A stretch of DNA of 64,000 bases from Nitrospira sp. Lineage in GTDB: Bacteria > Nitrospirota > Nitrospiria > Nitrospirales > Nitrospiraceae. The stretch lies in NCBI GenBank assembly GCA_024998565.1, contig JACOEM010000012.1, forward strand, positions 45,403 through 109,402. The letters are read 5' to 3'. The translations under genes and the position numbers were made by a program. Below the pieces are notes generated by a model. That model searched no databases. It was not told where the DNA came from and saw only the letters and a list, made by a program, of their open reading frames with translations. Below, piece after piece: positions 49,615-59,218 of this stretch (positions within the stretch are counted from its first letter, which is position 1; every line of letters starts with the position of its first letter).

Positions 49615-51372
49615 TCATGCCGGAAGCATGGCGCGATCGATAAAGTAATTGCCGATCACCAGGGCATCCACGCCGCTGCGCACAAATGTTGCCAGTGCCT
49701 GTTCGGGCGTGCAGACGATCGGCTCCTGGATATTGAAGGATGTATTCAAGAGAACCGGAATGCCGGTCTCCTTTTCGAAGTGGTCGAGGAGATTCCAGTA
49801 GCGCGGATTGCTTGCTCGATTCACGGTCTGAACTCTGGCCGACCCGTCGATGTGCGTGACGGCAGGAATGCGCGCACGCTGATGATCCTTAACCGGCACG
49901 GCGAGGGTCATGAACGGGCTTGGCTGCGACAGAACAAAATACTCCGACACCGCCTCTTCTTTGACCGAAGGAGCGAAAGGGCGAAACAATTCACGCTTCT
50001 TAATTTTCCCGTTGATGGTGTCGCGAATGGAGTCATGGCGCGGATCGGCCAGGAACGATCGGGACCCCAGTGCGCGCGGACCGAACTCCATCGGGCCCTG
50101 AAACCAGGCGAGGATATGGCCTGAGCAGAGAGCCTGAACGGCACGTTGGAGCAGGGCCTCCTCGTCAGCGATCGGCAGGGCTTCGATACCCTGTGCGCGC
50201 AGGGCCAGGCCGATATCCTGCTCCCCATATGCCGGACCATAATAGGCGTGGGTCATCTCGAACTGTCGCGGTTTTCCCAATCGCTCATGGTACAGGAGCA
50301 GTGCTGCGCCGACCGCGCAGCCAGCGTCATGAGGAGCCGGGGGTACGTACATGCGGGTAAACGGTCCGTCGCGAAGCAGTTTCCCATTGGCGGAGCAATT
50401 GAGGCCGCAGCCGCCGGCGATTGCCACGTTGGTTCGCTTTCCGCCCTGCTGGAACGCCCAGGAGGCCAGGTCGCCGACCACTTCCTCGAATGCGGCCTGG
50501 GCACTCGCGGCAATCTGTTCATGCCGTTCGGTAAACGGGGCATCGTCGCTCAGTCTGGGGCTGCCGAATGCCTCCAGGAGCTTCGGGTGAAATTGTTTCT
50601 TGAGCGCCGCATGGTAGTCGAGCAGATCCCCGTTGAGCCGATAGGAACCGGGCGCGTCGGTGAGTAAAATGTTCTGCCGGATGAAGCGCAGATAGTCCGG
50701 GCTGCCGTAAGGGGCCAACCCCATCATTTTGTACTCGCCGTCCAGCATGGTGAATCCCAGAAATCCCGTCATGGCTGAATAGAAATGGCCGAGTGAATGC
50801 GGCCAGGGGATCGAGCGCAGGACGCGGATGTCGGTTCCGGCTCCGACGGCCAGGGTCGTGGACACGTCTTCCCCCGCACCATCGAAGACCAGGAGCGTCG
50901 CCTCTTCGAACGGCGAGGCGAAGAAGGCGCTGGCCAGATGGCAGCGATGATGATCCAGGTAATGAAGACGGGCTTTGAAGGCCCCGAAGTGTTTTCTGAG
51001 GAGGGAGCGAACCAGAAATAATTCGCCCCAGCTGCCCTGACTCGCCGCCGCTTGTCCGCCGCCCGCCGGCGTGAATTCCTGCAGAGCTCGCCCCATCTTT
51101 CCAAAAAACGCGGAGGGGCGCGTGAGGGCTGTTTTCAAAACCGCTTTGGTGCGGACCCCCATGCGAAGCGGCTGCCAATAGACGCCGATATGTGCGACCT
51201 CTGCCAGGCTGATGCCGGCTCGATTCAGGCAGGAGGTGATGGCACGCAGGGGAAAACATCCTTCGTGCTTCACGCGCGTGAAGCGCTCCTCCTCAACAGC
51301 CGCGACAAGCACACCGTCTTTCATGAGGGCTGCGGCGCTCTCGCCCATGGTGGCTAATCCGAGAATGTACAT
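49615..51372 (-). CDS. Carbamoyltransferase (NodU/CmcH family)
   Basis: EEERFTR, HHRCHLASAF, DGAGE, YKMMGLAPYG, EFGPRALG, RPFAP, LLNTSFN. Confidence 0.93.
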   Translation of the reverse strand: MYILGLATMGESAAALMKDGVLVAAVEEERFTRVKHEGCFPLRAITSCLNRAGISLAEVAHIGVYWQPLRMGVRTKAVLKTALTRPSAFFGKMGRALQEFTPAGGGQAAASQGSWGELFLVRSLLRKHFGAFKARLHYLDHHRCHLASAFFASPFEEATLLVFDGAGEDVSTTLAVGAGTDIRVLRSIPWPHSLGHFYSAMTGFLGFTMLDGEYKMMGLAPYGSPDYLRFIRQNILLTDAPGSYRLNGDLLDYHAALKKQFHPKLLEAFGSPRLSDDAPFTERHEQIAASAQAAFEEVVGDLASWAFQQGGKRTNVAIAGGCGLNCSANGKLLRDGPFTRMYVPPAPHDAGCAVGAALLLYHERLGKPRQFEMTHAYYGPAYGEQDIGLALRAQGIEALPIADEEALLQRAVQALCSGHILAWFQGPMEFGPRALGSRSFLADPRHDSIRDTINGKIKKRELFRPFAPSVKEEAVSEYFVLSQPSPFMTLAVPVKDHQRARIPAVTHIDGSARVQTVNRASNPRYWNLLDHFEKETGIPVLLNTSFNIQEPIVCTPEQALATFVRSGVDALVIGNYFIDRAMLPA

Positions 51373-51403
51373 GGTGATTTAGGGAATGAGTGGCGCGCAG
51401 GGT

Positions 51404-52300
51404 CTAGTCGGATGCGTTCAATCGGGAATTGTGGTGCATCGGCAGTGTCGTGCTCATCGGTCCAAGGTGAGGAAAGAGCTTGAGCAGCGCGAGCAGCTTG
51501 TCTGCGACGGCCTCTGTGCCCAGCATCCATTGCTTTTGACGGATGATCCAGCGGCTGCGCGACAGATAGGACAGTCCCCGCATGTCTTTCCAGGTCACGG
51601 GGCTGGGTTGATCGTCCGCATCCGCAGCATGCAGGTAGACCAACGGCATGTACCCGAGCCTGAGGGCCTGGCGCATTAACGCGATGATGGCCGACAACGG
51701 CAACCATCGAAAGTAGGTCCCGCCGATGACTCGGATGCCACGAGTGCCGACAACGGGATAGCGATACAGCGGAAACTCGTACAGCCGGGCCCCTGACAGC
51801 TGGAAGACGTCATAGGGCTCGCGCGAGACGCGGGGGCCTCCCATGACAAGACTGGAGTCGTACAGGAACCCCGCCTCCGACAAAACGGCATAGGCCCAGG
51901 GAGACCGTTCGTCGAGGGAAAAATTCGGCGCTCTGAATCCAATCACCCGTTGTCCGCAGGCGTCTTCGAGTGCATCCTTGGCGCGACGGACATTCTCTGC
52001 GAACTCCGTCCGGCTCAACGAACAGACATTTTCATGCTGATCGCCATGGCAGGCGATCTCATGGCCGAGCCGGCTCATTTCACGGATGAGATCGGGCTGA
52101 TCCCGCGCAATCTGGCCAGTGGTGAACAGCGTCATGTTGGGACGACCGCCGGCTTGACGGAGCACCGAGAGAATCCGGCGGAGCCCTCTCCAGGTTTGGT
52201 CCGGATTCGTCCGCGGCCGGAGTCCCATGTCGAGCATAGTGGCGTGTGTATAGTCTTCCACGTCCAGCGAAAGATAGCAGGCGTTCGGGATGTTGGTCAT
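51404..52300 (-). CDS. Polysaccharide deacetylase (DUF3473-type)
   Basis: SLDVEDY, EIACHG, GFRAPNFS, YDSS. Confidence 0.85.
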   Translation of the reverse strand: MTNIPNACYLSLDVEDYTHATMLDMGLRPRTNPDQTWRGLRRILSVLRQAGGRPNMTLFTTGQIARDQPDLIREMSRLGHEIACHGDQHENVCSLSRTEFAENVRRAKDALEDACGQRVIGFRAPNFSLDERSPWAYAVLSEAGFLYDSSLVMGGPRVSREPYDVFQLSGARLYEFPLYRYPVVGTRGIRVIGGTYFRWLPLSAIIALMRQALRLGYMPLVYLHAADADDQPSPVTWKDMRGLSYLSRSRWIIRQKQWMLGTEAVADKLLALLKLFPHLGPMSTTLPMHHNSRLNASD

Positions 52301-52400
52301 GACGCTCGTTGCCCGGCGCGTGTGTGGGTACAGGGGTGCCGACGACGGCTGGGGACCCAGGATACCCCTTCAATAGACGGGATTCCAGGGCCCGGCCTGT

Positions 52401-53030
52401 CTACCGATCGAAATGGTAGGCGACGCCGAACATGAAGAGGTTGGCGCGGTAGTCGGCCGTGACGTTGGTTCGATCGAAGGAGAAGTGCGCGAAGTTATAT
52501 TTGTATTCGATGAACGGGGCGACTTTTGCGGTGAGGTAATATTTGATGCCTGCCAACACGTTGAAACTGGGAGCAAACGACGCTTCCGGTCGGAAGTTTC
52601 CGTCCGAAATATTCCCCAGATTGAGGCCGAGCCCGAGCCCGGCGTAGGGCTCGACTTTGTACTGATAGCCGGTCACGCGAACCAGCGCATTAAACGCAAG
52701 GGAGTGAACCAGGAAATCGCTCCCCGGAATCGGCCCCGAGAGAAGCAGATTGGTGCCTTGCCGTGGGGGCGTTTGGGCTTTGACGTTCGACTGAGAGCGA
52801 TAGACGTCGACCTCGAGCCCGAACCAGTTGAATCCACGGTCATCAAAGTAATGCCCGTATTTCGCGCCGAAGGCCAGATTGGTATTGAGGTCGAGTTTTC
52901 CGGCGTCCGTGGTGTCCAGGGTTGCTACATTCGGTCCGACCGCAAAGGCGGCATAGTTTTCGGCATGGACGAGCACCGGCGCGCACATGACAACAATTCC
53001 CAACACAGTACCGATCCATCTGCGGAACAT
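52401..53030 (-). CDS. Small outer membrane beta-barrel protein
   Basis: Signal peptide, PYAGLGLG, FIEYKY, C-terminal GVAYHF. Confidence 0.8.
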   Translation of the reverse strand: MFRRWIGTVLGIVVMCAPVLVHAENYAAFAVGPNVATLDTTDAGKLDLNTNLAFGAKYGHYFDDRGFNWFGLEVDVYRSQSNVKAQTPPRQGTNLLLSGPIPGSDFLVHSLAFNALVRVTGYQYKVEPYAGLGLGLNLGNISDGNFRPEASFAPSFNVLAGIKYYLTAKVAPFIEYKYNFAHFSFDRTNVTADYRANLFMFGVAYHFDR

Positions 53031-53118
53031 AGCGCCTCCAACTGAACGACTATCCGGTATCTTTCGCTGAAGGCTACTCTAACGGGCTTGATGCGGGGTG
53101 GCAAGAGAGAAGTGTGTC

Positions 53119-55389
53119 TTAATCCCGACTGCAGGGCGATTCGCTTCGATGCAGTAATGTCGGCCGCAGGCAGAACCCGCGCCACGGCGATTGATCCCAG
53201 GACCAGTTCAATAGGGCGTACTCGGTATGGGTCATGCGGTGTTCGATCACCCGTCCGAACCCGCCGACCCGCAAGGAGAATCCGGCCGGCAGCAGAACAT
53301 CACGCAACAATCCGAACTCCGTGAAGTTTCCTGCGAAGTAGGCGGGGTCGCCCTGTTCATTCACGAAATGCTCGCCTCGCCAGATCGTGACGTAGGGCCT
53401 CCAGCCGTCCAGATCCACACCGGCCGTCAGTTGATAGCCCCGACCGCGAACGATCGGTGCTCCGCCCTGCGTTGGTTCGTGCTGGCTGGTGAGATACAGC
53501 GCCATCACATCGATTTCGCGAAACCACGACAGGGCGGACGAATAGCGATTGGGCTGGAACGTCAATTGCGGTCCGACGGCCGTCAGGAAATTGTTCGAGG
53601 CGGGCCGGTCCCTCGGCAGGCCGGCTCCGAAAAACGTCCGGGACTCCGAGTACTGGGCCCCGCCGCTGTGTGTCCAGTAGACCTGGCCGTTCAAGGAAAA
53701 GAATCCGGCGCTCGCGCGCCCTGTGTATCCCACGTCGAATCGCTCCGCCTTTTGAAATGTCTCGATCTGGTTCCAGTTGATGAACAGATCCTGCTGGTAA
53801 TGTTCCCGGTTCACCAGGAGCTGGAAGCCCTGTTCGAGAGGGCGTGAAAACAGGGAGGCGTCGTTGAACAGCGCATCCACGAAGGGATGGTTGCGCTTGA
53901 TCGTGCCGGCAATCACCGACACTGCCGGCCAGAGTTCATACTCCGCCGACAGGATCGGCTGCACCGTGTGGAATCGTTGGGTGTCCCCGACGGGCAACCC
54001 TGCAAAGACACCGGCGTCTAGGTTCAATCCGGGCGCAGGACTGTATCGGAGCACCGGCGCGAGGTATTGGCCGGCGAGGGTGCTATTTGAGACCGGTCGT
54101 CCTCCGATTTCCCGAAAGCCCGAATAGCCGATGTTATACACATAGGTTAGAGCATCGAACTTGGCCGTAAATCGAGACGGCGAATGTGTCGGTTTCGGTT
54201 CGCTCGAGGGAGTGTCCCCGGCGGAGAAGAGATCGCGCACAAATTGCCCGTCCGTGGTATCCCAATTCCAATTGAAGACTAGATATTGCTGGCTGACCCA
54301 CTTGAACGTGTCACGGTTCTGATATGTGATGCCGTCTTCCGTGAAGAAGGCCCTGATCCGGCGGGCCTGCACGCCGAACTCGATCGACGCGGACTGGCCG
54401 AGCGGGATGATTTTTGACAGACCAAATTCAGGGAAATTGCTCGCCGCATATTCCGGGTCGCCCTGCTGACTGAGGAACTGGCGCCCTCGCCAGAATGACA
54501 CCGAGGGCCGCCACCCGGCCAGATCCAGCCAGACGCTCAGTTCATAGCCACGCCCGCGGACTGCCGGCTGGTTGCCCAGCGACTCATTGAAAGAGGTCAG
54601 GTAGGTGGCGCGAATGCTAAGCTGGTTCCACCAAGCCAGGGCGGGAAAATAGGTGGAGGGTTCGAGCACCAGCTCAGGTCCTGCGGCTGTGACCAGATTC
54701 TCTGCGGTGTTGAACGACCGGTCCAGTTTCAGGAGGGCCTGGCCGTTGTGGCCCCAATGGGCCTGGCCGTTGAAACGGAAGGGGCCAGCGCGCAGCTGCC
54801 CAGCATATCCGACATCATACCGGTTGGTTGCGGAGCCGCGAAACGCCTGCTCCCAATTGATGAACAGGTCCTGTCGGTAATACCGCGAATTCACCAGGAC
54901 TTGTGCGCCCTGTTCGAGGGGCCGCACAAACCGGTTGGCGTTGTCGAAGACCGCATCGTGAAAGTCCCGGTGCGGGCCCGCCAGGGTGCCGAGCAGGGCG
55001 GAGACCTCCTCTGTCGGCTGGTATTGCAGACGGATAATCGGCCGGACCTGTGAGACTTCCGTGTCGTGGCCGAACGGCATGTTGGCGAACAGGCCGAGGT
55101 CCAGGTCCATGGATGCGAACAGGCGTTTGCGTACATACACATTCAGTAAGTTGCCGATGAGTGTGGTGTCGCGCCCCAGTCCGTTGGTGAAGGTGTTGTC
55201 TTCCAGCCCCTGTTTTTCAAGGTTGAGCACATACGTGGTCGTTTCGAGTCGGAGGTCCAGATCGTGAGAGGCGGAGGCGGACAATGCCGGACTGTCTGCT
55301 GAGGCCATGCGGGCGTGGAGCAGCAACAGAGGCGTGCAAATGACGACCAGCGTGAGAGCACGCCATGTGAAGAGACTTACCTGCAGCAC
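53119..55389 (-). CDS. Outer membrane protein made of two tandem homologous beta-rich domains
   Basis: Signal peptide; repeated RPLEQG, QDLFINW, DVGY, VRGRGY, GWRP, QGDP, EFGL, NWxWD motifs offset by ~360-370 aa. Confidence 0.7.
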   Translation of the reverse strand: MLQVSLFTWRALTLVVICTPLLLLHARMASADSPALSASASHDLDLRLETTTYVLNLEKQGLEDNTFTNGLGRDTTLIGNLLNVYVRKRLFASMDLDLGLFANMPFGHDTEVSQVRPIIRLQYQPTEEVSALLGTLAGPHRDFHDAVFDNANRFVRPLEQGAQVLVNSRYYRQDLFINWEQAFRGSATNRYDVGYAGQLRAGPFRFNGQAHWGHNGQALLKLDRSFNTAENLVTAAGPELVLEPSTYFPALAWWNQLSIRATYLTSFNESLGNQPAVRGRGYELSVWLDLAGWRPSVSFWRGRQFLSQQGDPEYAASNFPEFGLSKIIPLGQSASIEFGVQARRIRAFFTEDGITYQNRDTFKWVSQQYLVFNWNWDTTDGQFVRDLFSAGDTPSSEPKPTHSPSRFTAKFDALTYVYNIGYSGFREIGGRPVSNSTLAGQYLAPVLRYSPAPGLNLDAGVFAGLPVGDTQRFHTVQPILSAEYELWPAVSVIAGTIKRNHPFVDALFNDASLFSRPLEQGFQLLVNREHYQQDLFINWNQIETFQKAERFDVGYTGRASAGFFSLNGQVYWTHSGGAQYSESRTFFGAGLPRDRPASNNFLTAVGPQLTFQPNRYSSALSWFREIDVMALYLTSQHEPTQGGAPIVRGRGYQLTAGVDLDGWRPYVTIWRGEHFVNEQGDPAYFAGNFTEFGLLRDVLLPAGFSLRVGGFGRVIEHRMTHTEYALLNWSWDQSPWRGFCLRPTLLHRSESPCSRD

Positions 55390-55484
55390 AATGGGAGCGG
55401 ATCATAAGTGGGCCCGGTATGATCCGTCAACGCGGAAGCGACCCGGACTGCGATACCTTGACTTGATTTCGGCGATGGCGTGAT

Positions 55485-56915
55485 ATGGGCTACGAACTGC
55501 CGATCGCCGGTGGAGATCCGGTGATGGACCGCTGGAGAGGAATTTGCCGTATGGGGCATAACGCTCTAGGGCTGGGAATGGGGCTGTCCCTGCTGACCGC
55601 CGCACAACTGCTGTCCTCGTTCGGCATCCAGTGGTATACGGTCGCCCACTTGGGGGCGGGGCCTGATACCGACGCGTTATACGCAGGGACGACGTTGCTA
55701 CAGCTGTTGTCGGTCGTCGTGATGGACCCGCTGTCGTGTGTGCTGGTGCCGCTGCTGTCCGCTCGTCTCGAGGATGAACGACGGCGGTTGGCCTGGCCGT
55801 TGTTCCTGGGAATCGGGACACTCGCTGGCCTTGTGACGCTGGTACTGTACTACGCGGCGCCGTATCTGGTGGCTGTGATGGTTCCCGGATTTTCGGAAGC
55901 GACCAGGCACCTCACCGTCGATCTGACACGAATCCAACTGACTGCGCTCATCGGGGTGGCCTGTTTCACGCTGTTGTCTGCGTTCTACCAGGCCAGGGAC
56001 CGGTTCATCTGGACAGCCGGCGCGCTCCTCCTCTGTTCGCTGCTTGGGTGGTGGGTCTTAGTCATGGCGCTGTCGAGTGGTGGCGTGAGGCTTGCGGCCT
56101 GGGTGCAGGTCTTCGTGCTCAGCGGGCCGGCGCTCCTGTTGTTGAAGGCACTGGGAGCATGGGTGCCTGGTTCGTTTCCCGGCGCGGTCGGGTGCCTACG
56201 CGAGGTGGGGGGGCGCATGCGACCGCTGGTGTTGAGCGCGGCCTTTGTCCGGACCGGATTCGTCGCGGATCGGTTTCTGACGTCCTTCCTGGGCGCAGGC
56301 AGCCTGGTGATGCTTGAGTTGATCTGGCGGGTACTGGCTGCGGTCGTCCGCATCTTCAATCAGGGATTTGTCACGCCGGTCGTGCCGACTCTGGCGAAAC
56401 TGGCGCAGGCTGGCGCTTGGGAGGAATTTGTGGTGGTCTGTCGAGCCAGGCTGGTCGGGGTGGCAGGCCTCAGCGCGCTCGCCTTCGTCGGTCTGTCGAC
56501 AGTGGCAATTTTCGGGCAGAGTATCGGATTATGGTTCGGCGGAGACCCGGGACAGGGAGGAATGACAAGTCAGGAGATATCGACTCTCCGGATGACCTTC
56601 TTCGCCTGCGCCGGAGGGCTGTTGTGCGGGGGAGTGAATCATCTGCTGGGCAATGCGTTTTATGCCGAAGGCGAAACAAGCATTCCCGCCAGGGTCGAGG
56701 TCGTGGCCAGTCTCGGGGGCCTCGCCTTGAAGGCCCTCGGGTTTCTGGCGGGCGGGCTGCTGGGCATTGCCGTGGCGATCAGTCTTCAGTACGCGCTGAC
56801 CGGCCTGCTCCTGGCCACGGCCTTCTACCGTCGAATGTTGCCGCGGCTTCGTGAACGCTCCTCCGGGCCCGTCGGGCGCATTGTGTCCGGCGAACCGTCA
56901 AATCGTCTCCGCTAA
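55485..56915 (+). CDS. MurJ/MviN/Wzx-like flippase (start may be 55551)
   Basis: Many TM helices, GAGPDTDALY, DRFLTSFLGAGS, VVPTLA, NAFYA. Confidence 0.75.
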   Translation: MGYELPIAGGDPVMDRWRGICRMGHNALGLGMGLSLLTAAQLLSSFGIQWYTVAHLGAGPDTDALYAGTTLLQLLSVVVMDPLSCVLVPLLSARLEDERRRLAWPLFLGIGTLAGLVTLVLYYAAPYLVAVMVPGFSEATRHLTVDLTRIQLTALIGVACFTLLSAFYQARDRFIWTAGALLLCSLLGWWVLVMALSSGGVRLAAWVQVFVLSGPALLLLKALGAWVPGSFPGAVGCLREVGGRMRPLVLSAAFVRTGFVADRFLTSFLGAGSLVMLELIWRVLAAVVRIFNQGFVTPVVPTLAKLAQAGAWEEFVVVCRARLVGVAGLSALAFVGLSTVAIFGQSIGLWFGGDPGQGGMTSQEISTLRMTFFACAGGLLCGGVNHLLGNAFYAEGETSIPARVEVVASLGGLALKALGFLAGGLLGIAVAISLQYALTGLLLATAFYRRMLPRLRERSSGPVGRIVSGEPSNRLR

Positions 56916-57002
56916 CGGAAGGAGTGGCGGGGCTTCGCATCGTTGCGACCCCGCTGCCACGGTCATGACTTATCGATATTCACCGATGGGCGGAGAGCGC
57001 CT

Positions 57003-58151
57003 ATGACAAGCGTGCAATCGCCGCGACGAGGCAAGCGGCGGGTGGTATTGGCGCTCGCGTCCATGCTCGTGTCCCTGGTCGTGGCGGCACTGTTGCTGGA
57101 AGTCATCTGTCGGTGGCTTCCGGTCAACGAGGGACTTCGGGGCCTCTCCGTGGATGAGCAGAATCCCGTGTTCCGTTTTACCCCTCATCGGGAATCGGTG
57201 TATTCGCGGGGTTGGAACTTTTCGATCGTCAATCGAGTGAGAACCAACAATTATGGGTTTGTGAGCGATCAGGAGTACGACCCGTCGGCCAAAACGCCGC
57301 TATTGGCCGTCATCGGAGATAGTTTTGTGGAGGCCGTCATGGTTCCGTTTCCCCAGACGGGGGTGGCCAGGCTTGCCGGTACCGTGGGTTCCGCCGGACG
57401 TGTGTATGGATTCGGGACGTCGGGGTCCTCCCTGAGCCAGTATCTGGCCTACGCGCAGTATGTCAGGGACACATTCCGCCCCGATGGGTTGACGGTGGTG
57501 ATCATCGGCAACGATTTCGATGAAAGTCTGCGCAAATATAAGAGCGAGCCGGGGTTGCATTACTTTGCGGAGTCGCCGGACGGGCGGCTCGAGCTGATGC
57601 GCATCGACCGGCCCGTGCCCTGGTGGCGGGATTTTTGGGCAGGGTCTTCACTCGGGATGTATTTGTATGTGAATCTGGAAATTCGGGAAGTGTGGAAGCG
57701 ATGGGCCTATCGTCCGGGACAGTCGGTCATCAGCCGGCCGCGGTTCGTCGGAAATACCGCGGCGGAGGCTTCGCCGGCCAGGGTTGCCGATTCCGACCGG
57801 GCGATCGAGGCGTTTCTTCAGCATCTGCCGGACATGTCGGGATTGCCAGCCGGTCGCATTGCGTTGGCCGTTGATGGGATCCGGCCTGAACTCTACGATA
57901 CTGATCGGCTGGCGTCTGTTGGGGATGCCTATGCGGCCGTGATGCGAATGCATCTCATCGATCGCGCCAGGCAGCAGGGTTTCGAGGTGATCGACATGCA
58001 GCCGGCCTTCATCGCGGATTACAAACAGCGGCAGCTCAGGTTCGAGTTTCCCGACGACAATCATTGGAATGCCACCGGGCATGAGGTCTTTGCGCGGGCG
58101 GTGCGACAGTCGAAGGTCTATCGTGAGACCTTTCGCTCGGTTGGGCCGTGA
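57003..58151 (+). CDS. SGNH/GDSL-like hydrolase or acyltransferase
   Basis: N-terminal TM, IGDSF, GND, DNHWNATGH catalytic DxH. Confidence 0.7.
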   Translation: MTSVQSPRRGKRRVVLALASMLVSLVVAALLLEVICRWLPVNEGLRGLSVDEQNPVFRFTPHRESVYSRGWNFSIVNRVRTNNYGFVSDQEYDPSAKTPLLAVIGDSFVEAVMVPFPQTGVARLAGTVGSAGRVYGFGTSGSSLSQYLAYAQYVRDTFRPDGLTVVIIGNDFDESLRKYKSEPGLHYFAESPDGRLELMRIDRPVPWWRDFWAGSSLGMYLYVNLEIREVWKRWAYRPGQSVISRPRFVGNTAAEASPARVADSDRAIEAFLQHLPDMSGLPAGRIALAVDGIRPELYDTDRLASVGDAYAAVMRMHLIDRARQQGFEVIDMQPAFIADYKQRQLRFEFPDDNHWNATGHEVFARAVRQSKVYRETFRSVGP

Positions 58152-59218
58152 ATCGAGGGTGCATGTGGGATATGGTCGGAATGGCCGTGTCGTCCGAGGA
58201 TCGGCAGAGGGACTCGGCACCCTTGCAAGGCCGCCCCATTCGGGTGCTCTACCTGTTTCCGGGCGAAGCCGAGGGTTCGGCGATGATTTTTGCGAAGAAA
58301 CAGGTCGAGGCGATGCGGGAGGCCGGTGTGGCGGCGGAGACGTTTTGTCTGGCATCCCGGACGGATCTGCGCAGTTTGCGCCGGGAGTCCGCAAGAGTGC
58401 GTGGCCTGATGGATTCCTTCCGCCCGGATCTCGTGCATGCGCAGTATGGAACTATGACGGCGTTTTTCGCGAGCCTGATCACGACGGTGCCGCTGGTGAT
58501 CACCTTTCGCGGGAGCGATCTTAATCCCGCTCCGAGCGATCCGTGGATCCGGTCCGCGCTGCGCCGCTGGCTGTCCCAGTATGCCGCCCGCAAGGCGGCT
58601 CGGATCATTTGTGTCAGCGAAGGTCTGGCGCGCCGGTTATGGTGGGCGAGAGACCGCGCGGTTGTCTTGCCGTCCGGGGTGGACACGAATCTCTTTGTCC
58701 CCCGATCCCAGTCTGACGCTCGACAGGAACTCGGGTGGTCGGAGCAGGATCGCGTCGTGTTGTTCAATGCGGGGCTCTCACCGGCGGTGAAGCGGTTGGA
58801 TCTGGCGCAGGTGGCGGTGAACGAAGCAGTGAAGGCATGTGGCCCGATCAGGTTTGTGACATTGGATGGACGTGTACCGCAGTCGACAGTCGCAACCATG
58901 TTGAACGCCGCCGATTGCCTGCTGCTGACCAGCGATTGGGAGGGGTCCCCAACGATCGTCCAGGAGGCGTTGGCCTGTAATCTGCCGGTCGTGTCGGTCG
59001 ATGTCGGTGATGTCCGGGAACGCCTGGCCGGTGTCGTTCCGTCCAGAATCGTCGAACGGAATCCGCGGGCGCTAGGGAAGGAATTGGCCGAGATGCTGGC
59101 CCGTCCTGTGCGCTCCAACGGCTGTGCGTGGACCGCTCCCATCGCGCAGGATTACATAGTCGGGAAAACGGTCGATCTCTATCGTGCAGTGCTGGGGCCG
59201 GAGAGGGCGGCATGCTGA
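58148..59218 (+). CDS. Glycosyltransferase family 4
   Basis: DLVHAQYG, GVDTNLF, TSDWEGSPTIVQEALAC, SVDVGD. Confidence 0.88.
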   Translation: MNRGCMWDMVGMAVSSEDRQRDSAPLQGRPIRVLYLFPGEAEGSAMIFAKKQVEAMREAGVAAETFCLASRTDLRSLRRESARVRGLMDSFRPDLVHAQYGTMTAFFASLITTVPLVITFRGSDLNPAPSDPWIRSALRRWLSQYAARKAARIICVSEGLARRLWWARDRAVVLPSGVDTNLFVPRSQSDARQELGWSEQDRVVLFNAGLSPAVKRLDLAQVAVNEAVKACGPIRFVTLDGRVPQSTVATMLNAADCLLLTSDWEGSPTIVQEALACNLPVVSVDVGDVRERLAGVVPSRIVERNPRALGKELAEMLARPVRSNGCAWTAPIAQDYIVGKTVDLYRAVLGPERAAC

